From IMG/VR virus record IMGVR_UViG_3300042940_001755: a DNA stretch of 64,000 nt. The stretch is one strand, 5' to 3'. Under the pieces are notes generated by a model. It made no database searches, was not told the DNA's origin, and saw nothing but the letters and a program-made list of their open reading frames with translations. Position 1 is the stretch's first letter, and every line of letters starts with the position of its first letter. This document shows positions 27,248-35,962 of the stretch, piece after piece. This DNA is from a virus (Duplodnaviria; Heunggongvirae; Uroviricota; Caudoviricetes). The position numbers and the translations under genes are program-made.

Positions 27248-28704
27248 TCCATCTCAATAAAAGTTAAGATACTTTTTGCGCGTGTGATAGCTACATACAG
27301 AAGGTTATACTCCTGTTCTACTTGCCAAGGTAGCTTGGCTGAAGCCAATGGCATATCTTGAGGATTCAGGATAAACACTCTGTCAGCTTCAAGCCCCTTA
27401 CTCTTATGGACACTGCACAAGGTAATGGTCGAGGAAGCATCAGATGTGTCGTCTGAGAACATCCCCTCTATTACACCAATCAATCCCTGCACCGTGTCTA
27501 CCGACTGCGTCTGCAGCAGCGTAGTTATACAGTTTGCCTTATCAGTGAGCTGATCAATTAGCACAGCGTCCTTCTCAGGGTCTAGATTGGCTTTCTCATC
27601 TGCCAGCCACTTGCGGAGCTTGCCCCCTAATTCTGGGAGAGATTTAGCACGTAACTTCTTGATCAGAGAGGTTAAGCCGCTAGAGATGTCTCTACCAAGG
27701 ATACGGCAGCCAACACCTGACCCGACAAGTTTCCATGCCAGCGACATTAACGGTGCGTTACGTCTGCTTACGACCATATCACCGATTGTGAATATGCCAA
27801 GTTTCCAGTCAAGTCCGTAGTACTCCACAGCACCTTCTTTGGCTGTATCGGAGAACTCGATTGCCGGCATTACCTTCTGAGCAGCTCTCACAATACTTTT
27901 AGCGCAACGGTAAGAGATTGACAAAGGAAACTTACAGGCATTAAATACCTCTGAGAAGGAATTCATTGCATCAGAGTCAGCACCTGTAAACCCATAGATG
28001 GCCTGAGAAGAGTCACCGCAGGCTACTACACGCCCTCCAGGATTCAGACTGAGTTTGGCTAACTTGATACGTGTCTTAGAGGCGTCTTGAGCCTCATCCA
28101 CAAACACCCAATCATATGTATCAGCAGCGAACCCTTTACGCATTGAAGGTATGTAGATCTGATCATCAAAATCAACTATCTTCTCATGAATAGCCATTTC
28201 TACGCTTCTGTTGAGAGCTGCTCTAGCGTAATTGATAGCCTCTTCACGAATGTCAAGTTCTATTGTGATACCGAAATGGTGCAAGACATCTTCCCACTTA
28301 GTCTCATCAGGAGAGGCAGAAAGACCAACTCTGCGAGCGAAGTTAGCCAAGGCTATGACCTCCGTTCCGAATTCAGTAAATTCTTCCTTCTCCATTGAGG
28401 CCCTCACGATGTCTCTCATTTTCCATGATGATAGCTCAAGCTTGCCTAACCGTTTACTTAGAATAGAGTGGCCTAGACCATTGAAGGTCTTTACAACTAC
28501 ATGAGGCGGCACTCTGGACTTTAGCTCATCAGCGATAGATTTATTGAAAGCTAACATCAGTACTGCAGACGTGCAAGGTATTAACTTCAGCACCTCCAAT
28601 ATTGTACTCGTCTTTCCACTGCCCGCCACGGCTTCAATTACAGCGCTGCCTTGGCCATTACCGACCCAGTCATATATTGCGCTTTGGTACTTCGAAGGTG
28701 TCAT
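27244..28704 (-). CDS. UvrD/PcrA-like SF1 DNA helicase
   Basis: AGSGKT Walker A, VDEAQD motif II, QAIYGFTGA, SVHKSKGLEADRV, YVAITRAK. Confidence 0.85.
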   Translation of the reverse strand: MTPSKYQSAIYDWVGNGQGSAVIEAVAGSGKTSTILEVLKLIPCTSAVLMLAFNKSIADELKSRVPPHVVVKTFNGLGHSILSKRLGKLELSSWKMRDIVRASMEKEEFTEFGTEVIALANFARRVGLSASPDETKWEDVLHHFGITIELDIREEAINYARAALNRSVEMAIHEKIVDFDDQIYIPSMRKGFAADTYDWVFVDEAQDASKTRIKLAKLSLNPGGRVVACGDSSQAIYGFTGADSDAMNSFSEVFNACKFPLSISYRCAKSIVRAAQKVMPAIEFSDTAKEGAVEYYGLDWKLGIFTIGDMVVSRRNAPLMSLAWKLVGSGVGCRILGRDISSGLTSLIKKLRAKSLPELGGKLRKWLADEKANLDPEKDAVLIDQLTDKANCITTLLQTQSVDTVQGLIGVIEGMFSDDTSDASSTITLCSVHKSKGLEADRVFILNPQDMPLASAKLPWQVEQEYNLLYVAITRAKSILTFIEME

Positions 28705-28717
28705 CTTTATCTCCTGA

Positions 28718-29146
28718 TCAGATATCTAAATTAACAGTGTCACGCACTACAGGGCCACCGCTGTATATGTCCATCTCACAAGCTAGCGCTACTGCCTCTG
28801 CAGCATTCTTACCGCAGCGCATAGCCGCTAACGCGATATTCTGGCCGCTACCGCCGGCCCAGGGAATACAGGTCTCAAAGATTCGTAGTTGAGATGATAT
28901 CTCAAAAAAGGTACCGTCAGGATGGACAATGATTCCATTAAGGTTGTCTCCCTCCTTGATCTCAGGCTTTACCCCACCGTCTAACCAGTCTACTACCGCA
29001 GAATAGAGACTAAGCGAACCGCACAGTGCCACAATAGCACCGCCCTTTAAATAGTACAGCTTCTGCATACTGCCAAACACAAATGCACCATCTGTGACTT
29101 GTGAATCCGTAGCGATGATTGTGCCATCGAATGCAATTGTTGACAT
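28718..29146 (-). CDS. HslV/proteasome-beta-like Ntn hydrolase (N-terminal Ser nucleophile after Met removal)
   Basis: MSTIAFDGTIIATDSQVTDG .. GGSGQNIALAAMRCG aligns with HslV TTIVSVRRNG..GDGQ and GSGGPYAQAAARAL. The protein is compact at 142 aa. Confidence 0.45.
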   Translation of the reverse strand: MSTIAFDGTIIATDSQVTDGAFVFGSMQKLYYLKGGAIVALCGSLSLYSAVVDWLDGGVKPEIKEGDNLNGIIVHPDGTFFEISSQLRIFETCIPWAGGSGQNIALAAMRCGKNAAEAVALACEMDIYSGGPVVRDTVNLDI

Positions 29147-29200
29147 CTAGTTACTCCTATTGGAAGGTTGGACGCGACGGATGTCGCGCCCTGGTTGTTA

Positions 29201-32200
29201 CTAAAATTCTACCATGTCACCATCTGGGTCAAAGTCAGCTAGCTCTAGCCGCCCTGTGTCATAATGGTATTGTGCCCCTCTGACATTCCCTGTCAGACCT
29301 GTGTAGCGCGATTTAAGTACACGCATGAGGATTGTATTACGCTCCTTAGGATCTTCAGCGATAAGATTACGAGCGAAAGAGATTATGTCGAAGGAAATCT
29401 GCTTGATAGATCCAGAGTTGTGTGTCACTGTATGATTCTCTAATAGGAACCTGCCGTTTCCGCTTAGCTGAAAGCCGAAGTAAGGCTGCACATCAAGCTT
29501 CTCAATAAGAATACCACGCTTCAAAGGATCCGTGCGACGGACCTTAGCAACAATTCTAGTGGATTTCTGTGCAGGAATCTTTTTAATATCTCCTGAGATT
29601 GCCACTTCAAAGATAGTGCTTCCGTTAGAACCTGTATAGCTACCAGAAATTATTCTAGGGTGTACAGTGGAATACAAGCCTAGTGAACGTGCAATTCTGA
29701 CCACCTTTCGAGCAGTGTCCTCACACTTCTGGTAGAAGTAGTAGGCATTGTCTTTCACATTATAACAGCCATCTGTATCAATCAAGCCAGCGAGCAAATT
29801 GTACCTTACCGCCTTAGAGTTAAATACATAGACGTCAGGTACATGCTTATTCTCCCACACGCCTAGTTGACGAAGTTTGTCAAGCATTTCACCTTTCAGT
29901 CCCGTGTTGAAGTTGAAGTACTCCCGGTTTGGATCAGAAGGCGCTAATAATTCAGCGCCAATCTCGCCAGCTACTCTGTTTGAAATACCAAGATCACTGG
30001 CATCCATTATTCGGAAGGCAGACTTCGAACCATCGCCAAGCCAAGCTCCGAATGAATACGCAGGAATCAAGACAGGGATTTCAGGCAACTCATAACCTGT
30101 AGAGTAGTGCTGTTTGCACCTAAACTGCCAATTTTCTGACTCCTTCAAAAAATCACCAAGACGGACATCTCTCATGCGATCATTGTGTGACAGAGTTAAG
30201 ATATGGTCCTCATTGCAAATGAACGAATCATTAGAGGTCTTGGTGGTGATACGGTACATCTGTTGCTCGCCATCAAATAGGCGTAACACTTCACGAGGCA
30301 GACCATCATCGCCCATTAACAGGTCGCCAACTTTGATATCCTGCACTGCCCTCGCTCTTCCATTAGATAACAAAATTCCTGTATCGTACGCTAAGCAACC
30401 TCTGATATCATCTATAGAAGGCAGTCTCCCCTCCTCGAATGACTTCTGCCCCGATTGGGCCTTTCTCAGATGGCTCACCAGCCCAATCCAGACATTGTGC
30501 TTCTTGACAATGCGCAGTAGATGATTCATGATCTTGTCAACAGCTTCGTTACCGGTGAGATCCTCCGCACCTTCTGAGACCAAAATGGTAATGTGATCAA
30601 TGAAGAGATACTTACAACCCATAAGCGCCATATACTCCAGCTGATTCACAATAGACACGTCAGCCATCGATCCTTGATGATCTAGACAGAATACTCTGTC
30701 GTTTCCGAAAACATCTTCGAAAGCTGGTTGCAAATCCTCGATGGAGATCTCTTCTGCTGCAGGGTTACGCATTAGCTGCATCCCAGCTAACTTTCTAGCG
30801 GTCTCCGCAGGCGACTCTTCTAGCGCGATAATTCCTATCGCGTCTTGTGTCGTCTGAATGATATGCAGCATTGTCTCGCGTAACATAGTAGACTTACCTG
30901 AATTGTAAGTAATAACGCCATTTCCCAGCACAAAACGGTTGTCCGCGTTAACTTCAAATCCGTAAAACTCGCCGATGCCTATTGGCTCTACTACGAAACT
31001 AAAGCCGATCATGTTGCCTGCCTTATACTGTCTGGCTTGACGGCGTTTCTTTTCGGGCCAAGTAAGATACTCACTGACTAATACAGGGAACATCTCGCCA
31101 TTGGTTCGTATAGCTAGTCGATGAGAATCGTTGCATACAAAGGAAGTGCCATCTTCCAATGTAATGCGATGCATGAGTTCTTCACCTGTAAACAGCGTCA
31201 GAACTTCGCGGGGCATATTACAAGGGCCCATTACATAGTCACCAACCTCGATGTCTTCAACGCAGGACACTCCTCCGTCTAACATCCGAATCATAGTGCC
31301 TGGCGCAAAACAGCCTGTGCCACTAATGAAGAGGGCGATTTCACCCATTCTCATGCCCTTTAACTTAGAGTTTAAGCCCCCTAGACATGGCGGGTAAGGC
31401 AAGCTCTCAGCTTCATTGTACTCGACGAGAGCTTTCCAGATCTCCTCTTTACTGACAATCCCTGCAGGTGTATATCTGCCGGCTTCGAAGATCGCTGTCA
31501 TAAGGGCTGGGGACCCTTTGGTCGTCAACATCTCAGATGCGTCTTTGACTGGGAGCTTCGCTATCTTGATCTTCTCGGCACCGATAATCTTGATACACTC
31601 TGCTAGACACTTCTGCCCAGCTTCATCATTATCTAAGCAAAGGACAACTTCAGCGAATGAGCGGACCCAGTCACGATGTTTCAGCAGCGCCTTTGTGCCA
31701 GAAGCACTTGGCAGAGATACTACAGGGTAAATCTTATTATACTTACTGTGGGCCGCTTGAGCGATACTCATCGCATCTAACTCGCCTTCTGTGATAATGA
31801 GACGTTTGCCATCACTAGAGAATTTATCACGACCGAACAGTTCATCAGATTTACCGACCCAGTAGAACTCCTTATCTTCTACAACGCGGCACTTAAAGGC
31901 TTTATCGCCATATGGGTAGAAGTGTTTTGCTACAGTACCATCTGCTGCCACCTCAGCTCTTACCCCGAAGAACTCTGTAACACTTTTGGTAATTTCACGT
32001 TCTTTAAAGCCTCTAATCGGCAGACCTTGAATGTCTGCTATTTTTTCATGCCCGCTCACATACAGCTCCTCTTCTACTTCGAAAGAATCCCTGTTCTTAC
32101 CACCAGGGCGTTTACCTTTGTTGCAGACGAAACACCACCAATCATCAGGCCCGTATTCCACCTTGCCATCACTGCTGCCACACACATCGCAGCTTACGTG

Positions 32201-32209
32201 TTTAGCCAT
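29201..32209 (-). CDS. T7 gp4-like bifunctional primase-helicase, interrupted in-frame by two inteins (extein ~538 aa)
   Basis: N-terminal zinc ribbon CDVCGSSDGKV..CFVCN. Walker A is split as ISGTG|C...N|SGKST, and helicase motif H4 as IRG|C...N|SGSIKQ. Confidence 0.9.
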   Translation of the reverse strand: MAKHVSCDVCGSSDGKVEYGPDDWWCFVCNKGKRPGGKNRDSFEVEEELYVSGHEKIADIQGLPIRGFKEREITKSVTEFFGVRAEVAADGTVAKHFYPYGDKAFKCRVVEDKEFYWVGKSDELFGRDKFSSDGKRLIITEGELDAMSIAQAAHSKYNKIYPVVSLPSASGTKALLKHRDWVRSFAEVVLCLDNDEAGQKCLAECIKIIGAEKIKIAKLPVKDASEMLTTKGSPALMTAIFEAGRYTPAGIVSKEEIWKALVEYNEAESLPYPPCLGGLNSKLKGMRMGEIALFISGTGCFAPGTMIRMLDGGVSCVEDIEVGDYVMGPCNMPREVLTLFTGEELMHRITLEDGTSFVCNDSHRLAIRTNGEMFPVLVSEYLTWPEKKRRQARQYKAGNMIGFSFVVEPIGIGEFYGFEVNADNRFVLGNGVITYNSGKSTMLRETMLHIIQTTQDAIGIIALEESPAETARKLAGMQLMRNPAAEEISIEDLQPAFEDVFGNDRVFCLDHQGSMADVSIVNQLEYMALMGCKYLFIDHITILVSEGAEDLTGNEAVDKIMNHLLRIVKKHNVWIGLVSHLRKAQSGQKSFEEGRLPSIDDIRGCLAYDTGILLSNGRARAVQDIKVGDLLMGDDGLPREVLRLFDGEQQMYRITTKTSNDSFICNEDHILTLSHNDRMRDVRLGDFLKESENWQFRCKQHYSTGYELPEIPVLIPAYSFGAWLGDGSKSAFRIMDASDLGISNRVAGEIGAELLAPSDPNREYFNFNTGLKGEMLDKLRQLGVWENKHVPDVYVFNSKAVRYNLLAGLIDTDGCYNVKDNAYYFYQKCEDTARKVVRIARSLGLYSTVHPRIISGSYTGSNGSTIFEVAISGDIKKIPAQKSTRIVAKVRRTDPLKRGILIEKLDVQPYFGFQLSGNGRFLLENHTVTHNSGSIKQISFDIISFARNLIAEDPKERNTILMRVLKSRYTGLTGNVRGAQYHYDTGRLELADFDPDGDMVEF
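29417..30397 (-). mobile_element. Full-length intein (~327 aa) with a LAGLIDADG homing-endonuclease domain, in helicase motif H4
   Basis: Begins CLAYDTGILL and ends FLLENHTVTHN followed by Ser. LAGLIDADG motifs: FGAWLGDGSK and LLAGLIDTDGCY. Confidence 0.85.
30902..31312 (-). mobile_element. Mini-intein (~137 aa) inserted in the helicase P-loop (Walker A)
   Basis: Begins CFAPGTMIRMLDG (block A) and ends FVLGNGVITYN followed by extein Ser; no endonuclease domain. Removal restores GTGSGKST. Confidence 0.75.
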
Positions 32210-32379
32210 GTCGCACTCTCTTACCTCGCCAACAAGCTTGACGTTTAGGCGCTTTGTTTCTAGCCGGTTTCACAGAGTGTGTCTTATGAGTGACGTGATA
32301 TTTCTGAAGTACAGACTTTACTACTGCGCCTGACGTTATGTCAAGAACACCGTCCAAACATCTTATACACCACCACATG

Positions 32380-32817
32380 TTAGCCCTCCAATAACGCGTT
32401 TAATCTAATAAGTTCAGCCTTGTGGGCGTCTGTTACAGGCTCTTTTATGAACCAAGAAACTTCTTCCACTCGCTTATTGATCCAGTTGGTCTTGCACGGT
32501 GCATCCACGCTACATAGAGACCAGGTCTCGGCGTAAATGAGACCGCTTGCAGTCTTGTACTCACCCAGCACATAGAAGTCGAAAGACTCCTTTCCATATT
32601 TCTCCACGGTTGCTGCGAGGTCTTTGTTACTACTGACATAGTCTCTCCACTTACTAGGAGCTCCCTTCTGAGCGCCTCTCTTAACGAAATAGTCCTTCTT
32701 CCCTATGTACATCTTATTCTCAGGAAGATCGTGGATAATGTAGACGAATCCAACATATTCAGCTCCGCCCATCTGTGTAGGGTATTGCCAGTGCCCGTTG
32801 AATGTTACTTGCGACAT
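32380..32817 (-). CDS. GIY-YIG nuclease-domain protein (possible free-standing homing endonuclease), start MSQVTF
   Basis: GFVYIIHDLPENKMYIGKK matches the GIY-(x9-11)-YIG spacing; GAGAGG RBS before the ATG at 32817. Confidence 0.45.
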   Translation of the reverse strand: MSQVTFNGHWQYPTQMGGAEYVGFVYIIHDLPENKMYIGKKDYFVKRGAQKGAPSKWRDYVSSNKDLAATVEKYGKESFDFYVLGEYKTASGLIYAETWSLCSVDAPCKTNWINKRVEEVSWFIKEPVTDAHKAELIRLNALLEG

Positions 32818-33182
32818 AGTGCACCTCTCGATTTGATAAATTTGCCGAACTCTGCAAAGGCGACAATACGGTCCACAGACCACTTATACTCGCGTAGCTC
32901 ATCTGGCTTGAAGAAGTGAGTGAGGATGCGGTGCTCATAGACGTAAGGGACCTGCGACACAAGGTAGCCACTGCAGCGCATGTACTCGACGCCTTTGTCA
33001 TCAACCTCATGACTCCAACGAGGGTGAGATGAGCCGTGAGCTTCGCTGTCCGATGTCAAGACTACATAGCATAACAGACCGATACCGCAGATCATGGACC
33101 ATTTAAGCATTATCAGGTCTCCACTCAGTGTTAACTTCCTCTGTAACTTCAACAATGTGGTATAACGTATGATCACCGTCAT
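32805..33182 (-). CDS. hypothetical protein, possible signal peptide (125 aa)
   Basis: Internal MLKWSMICGIGLLCYVVLTS hydrophobic segment. Confidence 0.4.
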   Translation of the reverse strand: MTVIIRYTTLLKLQRKLTLSGDLIMLKWSMICGIGLLCYVVLTSDSEAHGSSHPRWSHEVDDKGVEYMRCSGYLVSQVPYVYEHRILTHFFKPDELREYKWSVDRIVAFAEFGKFIKSRGALCRK

Positions 33183-33345
33183 GCCACCCTTTACCTAGCA
33201 GGGAGTTGGCTACAACAGCCTCTATATCAATGTCCGCATCACGAGCAATGTAGTTACAAAGTTCATCAACGGTGGGCATGTGGTCGAAAGACAGCTCTTT
33301 CACTACTTGATCGTTTTCATCATCTGCACTGAATAAAATAAACAT
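33103..33345 (-). CDS. hypothetical acidic protein (80 aa)
   Basis: Co-oriented ORF. Confidence 0.4.
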   Translation of the reverse strand: MFILFSADDENDQVVKELSFDHMPTVDELCNYIARDADIDIEAVVANSLLGKGWHDGDHTLYHIVEVTEEVNTEWRPDNA

Positions 33346-33394
33346 AATAGACTCCTATTAGATGAGCTGTACCGAGATTGATACAGCTGAAATT

Positions 33395-33545
33395 TTTGTG
33401 TGACACGGCAACGCGAGCGCACCAAACTGGCCACCAGACCGCGCCGCCACGCCACGTTTTTCCGCCGCCGCGCCGACAGCCACGCCGCCCCGCGAACGCG
33501 CAAATTTGACTACGCGCTTGCGGCCTAGACACGTCGAAGCAGTGC
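33395..33545. repeat. GC-rich island 3
   Basis: Contains ccgccgccgcgccgacagccacgccgccccgcgaacgcgcaaatttgactacgcgc; closest to island 1. Confidence 0.65.
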
Positions 33546-33549
33546 TAAG

Positions 33550-34467
33550 CTAGAACCACTCTTCAGTTGTAAACTTATCGTCATAGCTGCGCTTGATATG
33601 GATCAACGCTCCATTAAGCTCGAGCTGCTCCAACCATTCATCTTCCGGAAACGCCGCCATATACGCGTCAATACACGCCATGCGGTAGTCTTCGTGCGTT
33701 TTGCAGTGCGCTGTAAGTTTCTCAGCTGTCTTAGGGCCGAGTTTAGGAATTCCTTTAATACCATCTGTACTGTCCCCCATCATGATTTGTCGATAATACA
33801 ACTGCATCGCGTCCTCTTCGGTCTGATGCAGATGCGTGTTGGTCCAAGGGTTATAATGATACCCTGGAATACATTTTAAATCTTTATCAATAGACACTAC
33901 GCAGAATTCTTCACCGCGTAAACGATGCTCTTCTGCCCAGATGCGTAGGTAATCATCTGCCTCTTGTCCGTGAGCTTCAACAGCGTAGCCGTTCTCGATA
34001 GCCCACTCGCGGAGCAAAGGCACAAACTTGTTTGTCACATTGCGTGACCGGTTAGCCTTGTAGGCAGGGAACATATCTTGACGGAAATTACCTACACCCT
34101 TTGTAGCGCCCCTTCTGTGTGTGGCAAATGTAGCACTCATTGTTTGACGCACTTGGTTCTGAAACACGTCAATGATTGCGTCTAAGTACTCAGCATCTTG
34201 TGCCTCTGAGTAGACCTTTGTGCCATCCTCCTCTTGGTAGAGATGCAAATGGAGCCCATCTCTGCCGAAGCAAGACTTGTGCAGATAAACGTCAATGTCC
34301 AGCAACGCTACAATGTCGCCTGGTTTGATTGCTTCTCTTTCTTTGATGACTTCGTCGCCTTTTAGGATTCGATGCCCCCACATGTTGTGAAAGAACGCAC
34401 GTGCTTTTTCTTCGTGATCAAACAGCCCTTCAACATCTTCCCCGTGTACTACTTTAAATTCACTCAT
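33550..34467 (-). CDS. 5'-3' exonuclease / flap endonuclease (T7 gene 6-like, PIN-5'3'-exo)
   Basis: Acidic catalytic clusters (EADD, SIDKDL) and helix-3-turn-helix DGIKGIPKLGPKTA. Confidence 0.8.
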   Translation of the reverse strand: MSEFKVVHGEDVEGLFDHEEKARAFFHNMWGHRILKGDEVIKEREAIKPGDIVALLDIDVYLHKSCFGRDGLHLHLYQEEDGTKVYSEAQDAEYLDAIIDVFQNQVRQTMSATFATHRRGATKGVGNFRQDMFPAYKANRSRNVTNKFVPLLREWAIENGYAVEAHGQEADDYLRIWAEEHRLRGEEFCVVSIDKDLKCIPGYHYNPWTNTHLHQTEEDAMQLYYRQIMMGDSTDGIKGIPKLGPKTAEKLTAHCKTHEDYRMACIDAYMAAFPEDEWLEQLELNGALIHIKRSYDDKFTTEEWF

Positions 34468-34838
34468 CTTCCCACCAGTTTATTGTAAATTGAAATTGCA
34501 CATTCGTCAGCGGTTGAACCGTCTCTGAATGTACTGTTGAAATAACGCTCGAACACATAAACGGCCACTTTGACTTCATCACCACTTATTAGGGCAATGC
34601 TGTCCATATCGATATTTGATTCAGGCGGCAAGGTGCTAACACCGCAGCCTTCTTTGGCACACAACAAGGCAGTTGCATTGTTCGCTTCGAAGTACTCGAG
34701 AGCTTCCAACGGCTTCAGAAACTCCCGTTTGACGTTATTAGGCATCACAACAATATTAGTAGGCATTAGTCCACCCAGTAATAGATAAAAGAATCCCCAC
34801 CCTTCGATTCCCCAATGAAGGCAGTCAACTGTGCCCAC
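34464..34838 (-). CDS. hypothetical protein (124 aa)
   Basis: Co-oriented ORF. Confidence 0.45.
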   Translation of the reverse strand: MGTVDCLHWGIEGWGFFYLLLGGLMPTNIVVMPNNVKREFLKPLEALEYFEANNATALLCAKEGCGVSTLPPESNIDMDSIALISGDEVKVAVYVFERYFNSTFRDGSTADECAISIYNKLVGR

Positions 34839-34978
34839 ATCGTGAAATACTCATTCTCGGAGCAGTCTCCGACAGCCTTACTGAAGGCTGTGCCAAGAGC
34901 ACAACTAGAAGCGTTGACATCAACTCTGACAGCATGCGCAGGCGCCATCGATTTATACGCAGTCATTCTCAACTTCAT
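34766..34978 (-). CDS. hypothetical protein (70 aa)
   Basis: Co-oriented ORF. Confidence 0.3.
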   Translation of the reverse strand: MKLRMTAYKSMAPAHAVRVDVNASSCALGTAFSKAVGDCSENEYFTMWAQLTAFIGESKGGDSFIYYWVD

Positions 34979-35262
34979 TAATCCACCTTTATGTTAAATT
35001 TCTTAGCCAACGTAACTAGCTCCCATCTGAAATCAGAGCCAATAGTACGGTCTAGACAAGTCCGCACAGCCCTGCTAAAGAGCTGCATGTCTTCAACACT
35101 TACAGTTCTCGGCAGCTTTTCCTGAGTTAAAGGGCCGTCTACTTCTATTAAAGTAGCACCAGGAATCTTATACAGGTAAACTTCTGCAGAAAGCTGATGG
35201 CTGAAGTAGTTTACACTGCCATCAGGGCTTACTACACAGTAATTGCTGGCACCCTCACTCAT
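34978..35262 (-). CDS. hypothetical protein (94 aa)
   Basis: Co-oriented ORF. Confidence 0.45.
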   Translation of the reverse strand: MSEGASNYCVVSPDGSVNYFSHQLSAEVYLYKIPGATLIEVDGPLTQEKLPRTVSVEDMQLFSRAVRTCLDRTIGSDFRWELVTLAKKFNIKVD

Positions 35263-35558
35263 TCAATAACTCCCATGCTGCGACTGATATGCAACGTTTG
35301 GGACTTACGCCGCGCCCTGTCTAGCACGACATCGTCATCGATACTAGGCTGCTCACCTATTTCCAGCATGGCTAAGTAATACACCGCGATGAGGTCAATC
35401 ACCTCATCTTTGAGCCGGTCCAGATTAGACTCATGATAAGACGCGTAAGTGTGGTGTGGCGTAAATCTGATGCACTTACCGGCTGCTTGACCTACTTCAC
35501 AGGCCTCCTCGGCCAGCATTGAAAACAATAATTCACTGACTTGCATGTTCTTCCCCAC
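35259..35558 (-). CDS. Possible MazG-like nucleotide pyrophosphohydrolase
   Basis: LAEEACEVGQAAGK resembles the MazG EExGE metal-binding helix; weak. Confidence 0.3.
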   Translation of the reverse strand: MGKNMQVSELLFSMLAEEACEVGQAAGKCIRFTPHHTYASYHESNLDRLKDEVIDLIAVYYLAMLEIGEQPSIDDDVVLDRARRKSQTLHISRSMGVIE

Positions 35559-35736
35559 GTGTTAGTAAGTAGTGCGCTTCACCAGGCAGCTTTATTGAAG
35601 CATGCACTGATGCACCATGAGAGGCCGCACCTTGGATGATAGCAGCGACTCTATCTATCCGCCAGCCTTCTTGAAATAGCTTTGTAAGCTCAAAGCCGCC
35701 TTGCCCTTGTTGTTGTACAAACATCATAAATTCCAT
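35533..35736 (-). CDS. hypothetical protein (67 aa)
   Basis: Co-oriented ORF. Confidence 0.35.
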   Translation of the reverse strand: MEFMMFVQQQGQGGFELTKLFQEGWRIDRVAAIIQGAASHGASVHASIKLPGEAHYLLTRGEEHASQ

Positions 35737-35893
35737 AAATTACCTCTATCGGAGTGGTGCCACAGTTTCGAATAGGCCTGTGGCGGTGCCTTATGTTAGT
35801 CTTCGCTAACAGGTTCTGCGAGCTTTCTCTTGAATGCCGAGATTGCACTTTGTAGCGCTGACTTGATGCTGTTTTGAAGTTCAATCTCCGCAT
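35690..35893 (-). CDS. hypothetical basic protein (67 aa)
   Basis: Co-oriented ORF. Confidence 0.3.
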   Translation of the reverse strand: MRRLNFKTASSQRYKVQSRHSRESSQNLLAKTNIRHRHRPIRNCGTTPIEVIYGIYDVCTTTRARRL

Positions 35894-35962
35894 CCACTAC
35901 AACGAGATTCTCTTCCCAAAAGCCAATCATCAGTTCCACTTTGTCCCTCAATCGCTGATTCA

